This document shows positions 25,675-38,191 of a stretch of DNA of 64,000 nucleotides, piece after piece. Each line of letters opens with the position of its first letter. Within the stretch, counting starts at the first letter, position 1. Origin of the DNA: Eutreptiella sp. 'Long Island Sound 2002' (lineage: Eukaryota > Protista > Euglenida); contig OZ038378.1 of assembly GCA_964036045.1 (NCBI GenBank), forward strand, positions 11,098,001-11,162,000, written 5' to 3'. Below the pieces are notes generated by a model that was not told the DNA's origin, ran no database searches, and worked only from the letters and a program-made list of their open reading frames with translations. The position numbers were made by a program, and so were the translations under genes.

Positions 25675-26408
25675 GGGGGCGCCTTAAGCGCAGTGCGCGT
25701 GCAGTGCGCGCGCAGTGCAACTATTTGGGCGTCTAGCCGTAGTAGAAACCCATACTTTGTGGTACTTTGGGCATCATTGTTGTTGGGTAGTAGGTTGTGA
25801 TGCATTGGGGATCTGGCATTTTTGGATGTTCACCCTGTTTCACCCATTTCTACTTTTTTTGCACACATTTTTTGCCCATTTCCACCACATCTACTCCTTT
25901 TCTCGGTTGATTGATATGGTGATACACTTTGAGGGTGCCTGCTACAGGACATCATGCTTCCCTCCTCATTTCTCAGGCCCATTTTCTCCCTGGATCTCAG
26001 TATTGGGGATGGGGTGTTCTACACCCGCTCCAATGGCCTGCGACCTCCTGCCACGGTGGTTGGGACGGCTGAAGACGGACTCCTCCACTTGGAATACTAC
26101 CAAGATGAGTTGAGAGTGGTGAATCGGCAATGCAAGATGGAGTCCATCTCCTTTGCCAACCCAAGTTCAGACTCGCCACCTAATTGCCCTCCATCTCCGC
26201 TGCCCAACACACAGTCAAGTACCCCCCCGAAGGCCCCTGGTCCTTCACCATGCCACAAGAACCAGGAAGGTCCCCCTCAAGGTCCCCTCCAGTCCGGTTT
26301 GAGTCGCCTAATTCTAAGGGTGTTTCCAAGGGGGTTGCCCAGGGGCTCTTTGGGGGGAACATAGTCTAAAAGTAGCGCGCAGTGCGCGCGCAGTGCAAGG
26401 ATTCCCCC
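25675..26408 (+). mobile_element. 3-bp-TSD cargo-carrying element, copy H2 (734 bp)
   Basis: TSD TGA at 25672-25674 and 26409-26411. TIR GGGGGCGCCTT / AAGGATTCCCCC. GCGCAGTGC repeats at both ends. Termini homologous to H1. The interior encodes LSIGDGVFYTRSNGLRPPATVVGTAEDGLLHLEYYQD (Tudor/SH3-like beta-barrel look), unrelated to the H1 interior. Confidence 0.8.
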
Positions 26409-27605
26409 TGAGCAACCAACCACCCTTTTATTGATATTCCCCGGATTTGGCTGCAAGGACAACCATTCAGCCTGATAACGGGGCAATAAAGCGACAACAG
26501 GGCGACAACGTAGCGAACCCCCACTCCTACCTGAGGGTCCTCTTCAGGGACCCCATAGGGACAGGGTGCGCGGCACCCGGGAGGAAGAATAGGTGGCTCA
26601 GACACTGCACACCACAGCCCCAAGACCCCACTCTTGTGAACCATGCACAAGCAAGTAATTGTCCGTCTGGCCTAGGCGGTTGTGATGTTCCGATGTGACA
26701 TCTGCCTTGCCCTCCAGAAATTGTCCGCAGCTGTGGGAATGGCTTGTTTTTTGTGCTTGGGGTACCTGTGTAATCTGTGCCATCATCGCATGGACTTCGC
26801 ACCCCATTATAAAGTGCACGGGGCAACTAATGTCTTGAGAGAGGACATACTAGAGTATGCAACGTCGGGAAACTGGGAAATAAGGAAATTAGTGAGTGGT
26901 ACATTAGGCGACACCATTTGGCAAAGTGCTGAGGGTTTTCTGCTTATGTGGTCTGCAGCCAGTGAAATTTGCATTGTGAAGCAGAATCAAAGGTTGCATT
27001 CCGCTTACCGCAATAACATCAGGTCGGATTGTATCGTAAAGAGAATGCGCCACGACTTTCTCACGAAAAGTAACGATGCGTTGGCCCACCACCACAAAAA
27101 AACCATTCAACCGGCTGTAAATGAGCAAGACATTCGTATTCTTTATGGACCATGGCAGAGAGACACACACATTCCCGTTCTTGATGGATCTTTGCATGCG
27201 TGCCAATGACCTGTCTGTAGAGGTATTTGCCCCCCACCCATCCCCGCAGGTCGCTATGCCCAATGGTGTCCCCAAGGTGCCCATCTCTAAAAGGTGTCCA
27301 TCCCCAAAGATGCCCATCCCTAGAGGTACCTACCCCCACCAGCAGCTTTAGGTACCTATCCCCATGAGAAACACATACCCATAATTAGCATGATGATAGG
27401 TTTGGCCTGTGACCAGGGAAGGATCGCTGGCCTTGCAGACCACTTTCAAGGACGGGCACAAGCCGTGCATATTCCTGTACAATTCCTCCATCATCCTGAT
27501 ATGCTTGCCATTCAGCGTGTTGCTTTTGCCTGCTGTCGACACCTGAGGCGTTGTCGTTGTGGTGACCGTTGCGGCTTTCAACATCTCCGCATCACTTGCA
27601 AAGCA

Positions 27606-28427
27606 ATGGCGACTTTCTGGGAGCTTGTAACGGATGACGGGGGCACACAGCCGTCCGAGGGCTGGATGACTTTCCAAACAGCGCTGCTCGCCATCTCAGT
27701 CACGGGCGCCTTCCTGTACGTGCGTACCATGGGCGTGAAGCAGACCCGCGAGTTCTTCAGCCGCATAGGAATGAACATGGCCAAGGTGCGGCGCACGGCC
27801 ATGGAAATCGAGCGCAAGACGTTCCATCTGGTCGGCCTGGCGGTGCCGCTTGTCTACCAGCACGCGATGCGGCATCACGGATGCACGCAGCGGGAGTTTG
27901 CGACCTTCGCCTGGTGCTGCACGGCGCTGACTTGGATCGGGGACGTCTGCCGCCTCATGTTCCCCTCCATCATGAACCACTTCCCGTACTCGCTCCTCAA
28001 CCGGGTCATGAGGGAAAAGGAGCGCACGCAGTTGTCAGGCACGTGCTACTTCGGCCTGGGCTGCACGCTCAGCATGACGCTCTTTCCGCCCGCGGTGGCG
28101 GTCCTCAGCATCATATGGCTCGTGCTGGGGGACATGATGGCGGCCCTGATTGGCGTCAGTTTCGGGGGGGAGGCCGTTGTGGTGAAGATGGGGCGCGAGG
28201 GCAAGAAGTCGTTCGAGGGCAGCCTGGCGATGTTTGTCGTTTGTGTGGGCACGGGGCTGTGGTCGTTTGTGGGGATCTACTTGGCAGAGTACGTGGTGCT
28301 CGTGGGCGCGCTGGTGGCCACGCTCGTGGAGGCGTGGGAGCCGTTCATGCTCAACGACAACATCACGATTCCGATCTTCTCGGGGGCAGCGATGCAGTGG
28401 GCATTGGGCAGGATCGCGAAGTGTTAG
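27606..28427 (+). CDS. DGK1: CTP-dependent diacylglycerol kinase-like / phytol-dolichol kinase family membrane protein (273 aa, intronless)
   Basis: Motifs ERKTFHLVG, REKERTQLSGTCYFGLG, LGDMMAALIGVSFG, KKSFEGSLAMF and NDNITIP, with multiple hydrophobic TM segments, match the cytidylyltransferase-like lipid kinase family. First ATG with strong GC3 bias is at 27606. The paralog identity (DGK1 vs phytol kinase) is not certain. Confidence 0.85.
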   Translation: MATFWELVTDDGGTQPSEGWMTFQTALLAISVTGAFLYVRTMGVKQTREFFSRIGMNMAKVRRTAMEIERKTFHLVGLAVPLVYQHAMRHHGCTQREFATFAWCCTALTWIGDVCRLMFPSIMNHFPYSLLNRVMREKERTQLSGTCYFGLGCTLSMTLFPPAVAVLSIIWLVLGDMMAALIGVSFGGEAVVVKMGREGKKSFEGSLAMFVVCVGTGLWSFVGIYLAEYVVLVGALVATLVEAWEPFMLNDNITIPIFSGAAMQWALGRIAKC

Positions 28428-31400
28428 AGGCGTCGAGTGGCGAGAGGGACGGGAGGCGATATGTGGGAGACGCCTTCCTCACAACCAGGGCTCCGCTTGA
28501 GGGCAAGGGAGGCTGAAGGGGTGTATCGGGAGAAGTTGCACGCGGGGCCGCATGCGGTTGTATAAGTGGTTCCTTGGCGGTTACAAAACGGTTACAAAAC
28601 GGTTGGAGGGCAGCGGGGCACGGACGAATGTGGGGGTTACACCGTGCCGTCACCCACGACTCCCCTCCTTCCCTCCGTACCCCTCTCCCTCCCTCCCTCC
28701 TGGGCACAATGCACCCCAGGGCTGTCCGTAAGGAGCCAGAGTTGGTCCCGTTCTTTGTCAAGGATGGCCCACGTCCTTCACCACGGCCCGCACGATACCA
28801 GAACAGGTCGCAGTGGGCTGCAGTCTCAAGCACAGTATTCTGTGAGCACCAACAGTTCTCACACGCGTGACCCGGACCTCCTCTTTTCCGCTACACCCGG
28901 GTCACACACATCTTGCGTTCGTGGCTCAGGTATGGCCTGGTACAACGTCGTCTGAGCCTGACGCCGTCCACCTCAGCGGTAGCGGACTCTACATTGTTCC
29001 AGGCACCCGCGTTGCACGACGCCCCACGGCGCATCCCGTTCCATCTTGTTTGCAGTTGTTTTCAGGAGTGCCCCCTCGCTCGGGACCGTTCTTGGCGTAT
29101 AAAAGGGGTGGGGTATCAATGCACATGACAGCACTCGGCCCACAGCGCCAGACCAGTCAACCACGCCGGTTGCTGGTCACCGACATCAGCCAGCGGTGAA
29201 CCAAAGCGACAGCAGTTGGGGATAACGAGACGGTGGTGATTGGGTTGTGTGGGCAGCCCCGCTGGCCCCACGCGGTTGCTGCAATGGGCCCCAGACCCCC
29301 AAGACGCGCTTTTCTGTGGGTCGGCAGTGCTTATGCCAGGAGGCGCCTATGCAACCCCTCCAACCCATCCCTCCAATGGGCCGGCGCTCTGGCACCATTT
29401 ACTGGACCACAGCTGGCGGCGATTGCGTTGAAGCCCGCTGCAGCGTGGTTTCTGCCCGGGTTGTCCTTATCCGCACTCTATCGGCATTGTCGGCCAAGGG
29501 GATGGATCCTGCAATGGTGAGCAGTGGGAGAAACAGTCCTCTGCAGCTTTGTTCGGAGGCATGGAATCAACGGCTCCTTTTTCATTGACCTTTCCTTTTT
29601 TCTCGGTCGAGTTCGAAACGAAGCACCTTTGGGAAGCACCACCTCTTGACCTGCTGCACCTGCAGCTGCGCTCAGTGAACGCTTAGTGGAATACCCCGAC
29701 CCTTTTCGCTGAGTGTTGGGAACTCAGGGCGCCTCAGGCCGCCGCACAAATTTGAGTGGTGCCACGGTTGGGGCCGAGCGCAGGCGTTTCACGGCTGGAA
29801 GTGCGCGTCGTGGCGCCATCAAGATCGATCATCATCAGGCGCCCCATGATCAGAGTCAAGCAAAAAAAAAAGCCAAGCCGTAATTCAGCGGCATCCCCCG
29901 GAGGGGCCGTATGTAGCCAAGGGGGTGGGACTGTGCCTATTTCCGGGTCCAACCTTCAGTGCGTACTGTGGCCCAGGGCGTGGAATACATAGTGCACGGG
30001 TGTTCACTGTTCACTAGTACTGAGGGAGCTCATGCCAAGTTGATCAGTCCGGGGCACAACAGCACTGCAGGGCCCACGCCCATCGATCATGTGTTCAGCG
30101 CGGGGTCGAACGCTGGTTGAAGACCCTCAGGCCCGCAGAATGGGGCCAAAGCAGGGCCACAGGGAGGAGGAGGAGGGTAGCGGACGATCACATGCGTCAC
30201 GCAGGCCGAGTCGCGAGGATTGTTGCAAAACGCAGCGCGATAGATTATGGCGCGTATTCCGTGTACACAACAGGACACATCTGGGCGACGGGTGGCTAAA
30301 GGGAGGGAAGTCTCTCCGGTGCATTGAGCGTCGCATATGTGCAGCTCTGGGCGCATTGTTCTGGTTCGGCTCTACTCAGTTGGCAAGTTCGTCGTTCGGT
30401 TGTGTCCGCTGGACGTGTACAAAGCAGGGCTCGTGATACCGATGCATGTTGACAAGGCATTTTTTTCTGCTGGTTTTGTGATGTGCTGTTCAAGTGGAGA
30501 GCGCTTGACGCCGTGTGTGTCCATTTATTGCGGCAACCAGGGGCACCCTGGCAGGAGAGGAAGTGGGAAATAGTCGGAAGCAGTTCAGCTTTTCCCGGGA
30601 TCACCATCTCAAAAGGTGCGCGCGGCGCGCATTTGGCCTAAGTATTCCCCCATGGCTATTTTCTGTTAGTTTTGCCGTCAAGGTACCCATGCTCACGCAG
30701 TGCAATACTGGCCCACGATCACGTTTGGTTATCTCGTTCGTTTTCGGTCAAAGTCGCCGGGTTATGACGTGCTGTTCCTCCATCTTTGCTATAATTTTGT
30801 GCCCAATGTATTGCCCCGCCGGGTGTCCAGGATGCAGCGGCATCCGATTCCCACTGGCTGTGGCCAAAGTCATCTCTCAGAGATGCATAGAGGTGCACCG
30901 TGATACGCAGAGAAACACAGATACTCAGAGTGCGCAGATGCGCGGGGTTCCACAGGGATACAAACAGATGCACAGAGAAACACAGATAGTCTGAGATACA
31001 CAGAGTCCCAAGCATTCTCCTATTGTTATATATGTGTGCATGTTGTCTTCATTCCATAGGCCTCCCTGGCCACTGCATCAGAAGATCAATGCTGACAATG
31101 CGAAATGTTACTTTCATCATCCACAACGGCACATTGCTGTCTGCGACACACAATACAGTGCTCTACAGTGAATCTCGGCGCAGGCAGAAATAGTGTCTCC
31201 GCATCTGAAGTCTTGGACCGGCCAATTGTGTGACTGCATAGTTATGCCTCCAACAGTGTACGACAGACCATTTGTGGCAGCGAAGCTACGACCCCCGCCC
31301 AAGATTGGGCCGCGAGCCAAGGCTAGCGTGTCACATGCTGGCGTACTGCCATCAACCAACTCCCGTGAATGGGGGACCGCGGGAGCCCTGCTGTACTATT

Positions 31401-32956
31401 TGCTGAGGCGTGCAGACAACGGCCTTGTCCAAACAACACTAGGCATGGCAGGGAGGGGACGCTGTTCCATACCTGACGACCCCCGCCCAAGTTTGGTGAC
31501 GCTTTTGTGAGGGCGCTCGGCACAGTGTGGGGATGAACTGAACTCGCCGGAGGCAGAGTCCAGTTTCACTTACCGTGGGGAAGAATGCCAGAGGCACTGT
31601 TGCTCATTCCTTCGGTGGGTGGTGATCTGTCAGCGTTGTTTGTTGGATGGCTGACTGTCCAAAGGTAGACAGCTCACCGCGAATGACATGGCCCCAGGTC
31701 TTGCACTTGCGGGGGAGAGCAACCTCCAAAGTTCACGGCCATTGGTTTGACTGGCGGCCTGCGAAGACTGTGCCTATGCCTGCAGCAGAGCAGATGCCAA
31801 ACGGTTAGGGACGCTATTTGAGGAGACTGTCCACTCTGACCCACAAAATTGAGCTTTCCTCGCTCCGGTCAACAGTTAACACAATTGACCGCGTCAATCA
31901 ACAGCAGGTCCCACGAGAGGTGAAGCACTGGACACTCGCTGTATCATACTCAGTGAATCATGAGAAAAGATTGTGGGTGCAGTGCGGCTCTGGGACACAA
32001 AGGTCGGTGTGCAAACAAGGGCTAACCCCCCCCCCCCCCTCCACTTCACTTCAATACGTCACCAGTTTTAAAACCAAAGTACCGTTCTGCCGCTGTTGAC
32101 CAAAGCAGCCCTGCCCATCTCCTAAACAACACATAGGTATTATTTTCCTCATTTTTTGTATCATGGGATTAGACAAGGAATAAATTAGCAATGAGAGATT
32201 TCGACTTGTGTGCTGTGTGTACCTGAAAATTGGGTTGTAAGATGGCCAAGAGTTGTGTGTTGCGGCATGGCATGTGTAGCATGAAGAAGTATGGTCACCA
32301 CTTTTGGCATCATGGCAGAGCCTTTGCCATTGTGGTTCCCATGGCACTTTGATCGGCCCATATAAGCCCCACGCCAGTTGTAACCGCACCAAAACAAAAC
32401 AAGAAGACATGTCTTGGTAAACCTATGCACCGATGTTGTCTGAAGTCGCAGGCATTTTGACCAAAACAAACATTTTTTTCGTGCAGCACAACAACGGGGT
32501 CTCCAGGGCAGGAAGCATCAGAACACCACGCGTGAACACGAGGATCCATGCAGCCCCCCTGCATGGATGTCAAGTGACACCCCTGGGGCAGGCCCCAGCA
32601 CTGTACACGAAAACCGGTATGCAAGTGATGCGTAATTCAACACGCGGTTTCTAGTGCCTGTGGAACGTTTGTCACCAAGAACCATGACGAAACGATCACC
32701 GGTTTAAAAGGACACCATCCAAGGCTAGATCGACCGTGGTTCCAAATCCTGAAAATGAATTTGGGATGAATATATGGGTCAGGGTTGGCAAGGGTTGGAT
32801 TGGAGAGTTTCATGGAACCAAATTGGTGGTGTGTGGCACTTTTCGGGAGGGTGGCATTTTATATGTTGAGGTTGGGGCCCACAGGGGTGTGTCCTAGAGG
32901 TGCAAGTTTTTTCAGCTCCACACAAGCAGTGTGGTATGGAGGCACACACCTTCTTA

Positions 32957-33689
32957 GGGAATGCCATGCACGCAGTGCGCACGCAGTGCGCACGCAGTGC
33001 GCACGCAGTGCGAAGTTTTGGATGTCGGCAAATACTTGAACCCTAGTTTTGGCCCCTTTTCACAAGTTTTTGGTTCCGTACCAGGGTTTTTTTGGCTTCC
33101 CAAGCATTTAGGATGTGGCATATTTGAATTGTCAACCATTTCCCCCTAGAAGAGGCCCATCGACAAAGTGTACACAGTCAACACGGCCCGGATCTCGACG
33201 TCGTCATTGCCGACACTGCAGCGAGCCTCGTATCCGTAGAGGCGGTTCAATTCGCCCTGCAGAGTACTCTTCCCGACAGATAGTACGTGCACCAAAACCT
33301 TGGTCGACTTCAAGGTGATTCTCGAACCGAGATGCTCAAGGTCATCGACCGGTATGGCCACGTCCACAACTGCAGAGAAGTCAAAGTGGTCATCGTCGCT
33401 CGAAGGCTCTCGATCGCCGATACTCAATGGTGGCGAGTCGACACCAGGACCGGACAGTTCTTCTTCGACGATGCTGTTGGTTACAACTACAACCAGAAGT
33501 ATCGATGGACACCTAGCCAACCCTATGGTATTGACACCTTTCAGTCTTCCCTCTAGTAAACAGGTGACAGGTATTCTTGGGTGAGTATCCTAGCCTCTGC
33601 GTGCGCAATATGCACGCAGTGCGCACGCAGTGCACACGCAGTGCGCACGCAGTGCGCACGCAGTGCGCACGCAGTGCAAACACTTAGCC
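32957..33689 (+). mobile_element. 3-bp-TSD cargo-carrying element, copy H3 (733 bp)
   Basis: TSD TTA at 32954-32956 and 33690-33692. Begins GGGAATGCC and ends CTTAGCC. GCACGCAGT tandem repeats at both ends. The interior is a C-ending-codon-biased plus frame: DLDVVIADTAASLVSVEAVQFALQSTLPDR*YVHQNLGRLQGDSRTEMLKVIDRYGHVHNCREVKVVIVARRLSIADTQWWRVDTRTGQFFFDD. Confidence 0.85.
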
Positions 33690-33869
33690 TTAGCCTCATG
33701 TGTGCCATGGAAGCCACTTAATGGGCTTTGCCAAGTGGGTGCCGTGGTTATGGCACGGGTCTCAATATTGCATGAGAAGAGATTTCCCCCACAACATTGC
33801 ACTCTTGTGTACCAAAAAGTCTCAGTTGGGCTTAGGCAGCTTCTTTGTTGTATTTGTCATTTGCAATTA

Positions 33870-34613
33870 CAACCCCCCCCCCCCCGTTCGGGTCACCGGA
33901 ATTGCCGGAACGTGCCGGAACGTTTTGCCGGAACGTTGTGATTCTGTGAGGCTCAATGTTTTTCAGTGAAAACGCTTGCTGCTACTGTCAACCGTTGTCG
34001 TCCACTTTGCCAGTAACACTTTTGTTCGTCCATCCACTGGCAGAGATGTTGAAATGTTGTTTTTGTGGCTCGGTTACAATGAACGGCAACAACACTACAC
34101 TTGTCTGAGATGTGAAGTGCAGTTTGATGCAATTCTCCACTTGTGTGCATTTGTCGGCCTGTTGCCACTTTTCTTTCAGACTTGTTTCTGCATGGAAAAA
34201 AAAAGGACAGCTTTGAATGCCGATCAGAGTGACAGAAAAGTGCAAAAAACTTCCGTGGGTGGCAGAGCCAAGTGATAAAAAGTGCAAAAAAGTTCGGTGG
34301 CCCGTTAGAGGGGATTGATCCCACGCTTACAGATCTGCAGACCAGTGCATATCCACTGGACCAGTGGCAGGTTCTGAAATACTGCTTACCAGGAACCATA
34401 TACAGACCGAGAGATGAAAATTTTTTTTTGCAACTTGAGGGATGCTTTGGGTTTCCACATTACTCCAACTACCGAACAACCAAAAGGAAGGTGTGTTTGC
34501 GCCCTGGGACTGAGATCCTGGGCACCGGGAACCTCTTTTGCTGAAAAAACGGCTCGCCGGAACGTTGCGCCGGAACATTGGGGTTTTCTCGCCGGAACGG
34601 GGGGGGGGGGTTG
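33870..34613. mobile_element. CAACC...GGTTG DNA element C2 (744 bp), 6-bp TSD CAATT(A/G)
   Basis: Same termini as C1 (CAA + poly-C / poly-G + TTG). CAATTA at 33864-33869 and CAATTG at 34614-34619. GCCGGAAC repeats at both ends. The subterminal segment (GGGTTTCCACAT...CAACCAAA.GG...GTGTGTTTG) is homologous to C1 ~16640-16735. Confidence 0.85.
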
Positions 34614-34967
34614 CAATTGCACTATGTTTGCAATATACATTGTATAAACATTTCAAAATAAAAATTCGATCAAGAAGAATTGGTGGACTGTTTTTTTTTG
34701 CTTTGTGCTTGCATGCCACGCCACAACACCGGATGCATGTTGAACAATTGTATTTAAGAAGAATTTGTGGCTTGTTTTTTGCTTTGTTGTTGCATGTTTA
34801 CTGACAAAGCATGTGTGGATCTTTTTTTGGCTTGGTGCTTGCGTGGATCGTTTTTTGCTTTGTGCTTGCATGTCACTGTATTTGGTGGTTTTCGAAAATT
34901 TCGGTCCACAGACATAGGCAGACGGGGTAGGGGGGTTCATCGAAGCTCCAATCCACGATTCGCGCCT

Positions 34968-36112
34968 GGAGGAGTGGCAGCGCGCCGGGCATCCTTTTAG
35001 GCCACTTTTGACATGGAGCCGTAATCTAGGCTTCTTGTGTGGCCCCTTTCCAGTTGAAGATATGGGGAATGCCCCTTTTCGCAAGTTTTTTCTTCAATAC
35101 CCGGATTTTTTTTTCAAGCTTCTTATGCATTCTGGATGTGGCATATTTGAATTTTGGCACCCATTTTTACCCGTTTTCAACCATATTTACCCATTTCCCA
35201 TCCCTCTTTTCTCCCCACTATGGGGAACCCGAGAAGGTAGGGGCGGTGTAGCCGTATTGATCTATCCCCACCATGGGGACCCCGAGAACCCCGGGGACCC
35301 CGGGGGTGATGTAGCCATTCCGCCCACAAGAGGGCCCCTGAGGCGGCAGGGGTGATGTAGCCATGCTGAGTGATAGGGGAAGCCAGAGCATCTACATTGA
35401 TCGCTTCTGGGCGCAAGTGCTAAGCAAGTACCTTCAAGGAACCCAAGGCCATCCCGAGCTCTGCTTCAGTGGTTTCAAGGCGGATTCATGTCATTGTGCC
35501 ATTCATTGGAAGAAGAATGGAACTTTGACGGCCCGCCAACTGTCGTACAATGATGTGCATGGGTGGTATAAGGCACACATTCAACATTTGTTTGGATAGT
35601 TGTGTGTCGATCTAGCGTGGCGGCCCTAATGAGTTGCACTAATCCGTGTGTGTTTTGTTGCATTTCACGCAATTTTGCGTTCGGAGGCAGGTCCGTCACC
35701 CACCTTATGGGCCATGGGACCATGTCGCGCCTCATGTTTGGACTGATGAAAGCAAGTCAGCCGCCACGCAAGATGAGGGAGAGGATGAGGCAGATGTGTT
35801 TGTGTTATGCTGCTAGAAGCGCTCCACCATCACAGTTTGTCGTGAGTTCTCTGAGTGAGAATGTACTGATGCCCACACTTGTGGGGAACAAGTTGTTTAT
35901 TCGGCAATACGTGATGGACACACATTGATGTTGAATTTGACTATTTGGACTTTATGCAACGTGCTTTGTGGGGAAGGTTTGTGTGGTCCACCCTAGTCGA
36001 CTTGAGGGGCTCCTCTGGGGGAGGGTAAATCTGGTGTTAAAGCCGGGATAGTTAATACAAAAGTAGCGCGCCGGGCGCATGCCGGGCGCGCGCCGGGCAA
36101 ACAACCCCCTCC
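34968..36112 (+). mobile_element. 3-bp-TSD family, divergent longer copy H5 (~1.14 kb)
   Basis: GCGCCGGGC terminal repeats. The right end AAAAGTAGCGCG matches H1/H2. The left internal motif GATGTGGCATATTTGAATT...CTCCCCACTATGGGG matches H3/H4. Exact ends and TSD (CCT/CCC) are uncertain. Confidence 0.65.
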
Positions 36113-36536
36113 CCCCCATCCTGGGCGGGGGGGGGGGGTTTCCGGGACCTCCAATCCGCCGTGGATGGGATTACCTAGTCCCGGTACAAGACAGTAGGCG
36201 CAACAGGTGTCCCTTTGCTCTGCATCTTTGCTTTGCGCTTCAATGCTTGCTGATGGAGAGAAAACTTGGATGAACTCGGGTTGTAGTGAGTCCAGAGCAC
36301 CATTCGTCTATGACATTATGGAACATAATTGTAGAACACAGCCCCAAAAATTTCCTACCCGGAGGTCATTTCCTATGGTTTTGTTCACCTCACCCTGCAC
36401 CTGCATTGGTGATACACACCTTTCACTCGCTGATGCGAATGCTTGAATCAATGCAAATTTTGGGATTGAGGCTAAAATCAACATTATTTTTGGTTGAAAG
36501 TAGTCTTTTTCCTTTTGCATTGCTGCATTGTTGCAT

Positions 36537-36562
36537 TGTGTGTGTGTGTGTGTGTGTGTGTG
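36537..36562. repeat. (GT)n microsatellite upstream of the XRN-like gene
   Basis: Dinucleotide run seen directly. Confidence 0.9.
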
Positions 36563-36732
36563 TCCGTCCATCCGTCCATCTGTCCGTGTTTTTGTGTGCA
36601 CGGGCGTGTCAGTACCCGCGTGTCTTTGCGTCATTTGCCCCGTCGTTTTCCCTGCTGCACTCCACAGCGATGGTGTTTTGGATCTTTCGATGGTAGCATT
36701 CCTCGCCGGTGCTGACACGTCACCTCTTCGCC

Positions 36733-36776
36733 ATGGGTGTCATTGGTCTTATGCATCTCCTGGGATCAAGTGCAAG
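36733..36776 (+). CDS. XRN-family 5'-3' exoribonuclease-like gene, exon 1 (MGVIGLMHLLGSSA)
   Basis: MGVxGL N-terminus typical of XRN/FEN-type nucleases. Donor AG|GTACAA, phase 2, matches the next exon. Confidence 0.7.
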
Positions 36777-38117
36777 GTACAAGCTATGCAGATGGAATCC
36801 CTTATCCAGGCTTGCAGCTTCTAGATGCTGCTTGCTGCCTCCGCTCGGGGTTTAAGTGTGGCCTGAGCCCTGGCGCTTTGTTCCTTCCTACTTCTGCATC
36901 TCTCGCCAGCCCCCCCCCCCCCCCCCTTCAGGCGCACGCACACACCGGGTGTGGAATACTGCTGGACCCTTGTGACGACTGAATTGCACGTTTGTCTTTT
37001 CGACACGTTTGCCTGTGGCATTGCGTTGCACACACCTGCCACCCCCCCCCCCCCCCCCCGCCCTACCCCCCTCCGGCGCCATTCTTTGGAAGGGGCAACT
37101 GCGGCAACCGGAAGACACCCCATTTCCACGGCCTCAGCGTTGTGAGACAGTCACGTTGGCGTGCAGTAAGTGGGCACCATCGCGACCCCCACCAGAGGGT
37201 CGATGCCCCTCCTGGTTTGATTTCTCCAACGCTGATGATTTTGGCTGGGACTGCAAAACAAAAAAACAGACAGCAGACACTGCTCGAGATCCTGTTTTTT
37301 TTTTCGTTTGATCCTTGTTTTCCCTCCCCAGCAAATGGTATAGGGGTAGGGGAACGGAAATCATTCGGCATGGCAGTGGTGCTACTGCCTCGTCTAGGTC
37401 TCACCGGGAGGCACCTGCTTTTGCATGTCCCAGTGGCGGATGTCCTCTCTGACCCATCTGCTCTGGGGAAGGGCCAGCAGGGGTGAGCAACCCCCGTTTT
37501 GGGGTCCTTGGCGTTTCCTCAAATCCGGCTGCATGCATCCTCCCCCCACACACAATATGTGGACAGACAGGCAAGCAGTGAGTGGGGCAAGGGGGGCATC
37601 GATTCGCATGCGCAGAGAGAGGGATTTCTTTACCTCGGAGATCAGATGTCAGATCAGAGGGGATGTGTACTGCGTGTTCAGAGGGCAACCTGGCTGGGGG
37701 GGTTCAGAGATTGAAGTAAAGTGGGATGAAGTGGCGTCAGGGCCCACAGATGGCTCAGACAATGGGTCGTCGGTTTCGGCGGACAGTTGGCAATCAGAGA
37801 AGTGGTGGCATACGAACGAAAGAAGGTACGGGACAGGGGACATTGGCCAACAGCGAACGACTCGCCCTCATCAATGTCAACCAGGCACCGAAGGATATTG
37901 TCCCTGGAGGTTGTACAGCAACGGTACTCTCCTAAGCGTATTGCAACCGGGATCAGGTGCCATAGGGTTTCTGGGATCGAATGGCATTGGGCAGCTGCAT
38001 TGCTTCGTGGCCGGGTGGATGCGCTCAATCCTCCCTCTCTCCGTCCCTCATCACCTCCGTCCCTTCTCTCCTCCCTCCCTCCTTTCCTCTCCCCTTGCCT
38101 CCCTCTGTCCTGCACAG

Positions 38118-38191
38118 GGTCCGGAATCTGGAGACATACGATGTGGTGGCCATTGATATGATGAACCTGCTCCACATTGCCCTGGACGAAG
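38118..38191 (+). CDS. XRN-like gene, exon 2 (VRNLETYDVVAIDMMNLLHIALDE)
   Basis: Matches XRN 'DNLYLDMNGIIH'. Long pyrimidine tract plus CAG acceptor. Probable GC donor AG|GCATGT. Phase 2 to 1. Confidence 0.8.

Noticed and set aside
27390-27605. N-terminal extension of the DGK1-like ORF as given in the ORF track
   Set aside because: It lacks the codon bias and family similarity. The ATG at 27606 is the more plausible start.
28425-28565. UAG-to-Gln recoding as the genome's code (the DGK1-like frame stays open ~45 codons past its TAG)
   Set aside because: Family similarity ends just before this TAG, so it behaves as a normal stop. The scattered TAG/TGA in relics are explained by C>T decay. Kept only as a minor alternative in the 8230-11183 finding.
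32543-32567. Perfect 10-bp hairpin ATCCATGCAG-CCCCC-CTGCATGGAT as a Helitron 3' end or terminator
   Set aside because: No CTRR terminus at the expected ~10-15 bp distance and no U-tract; one such hairpin in 64 kb is unremarkable.
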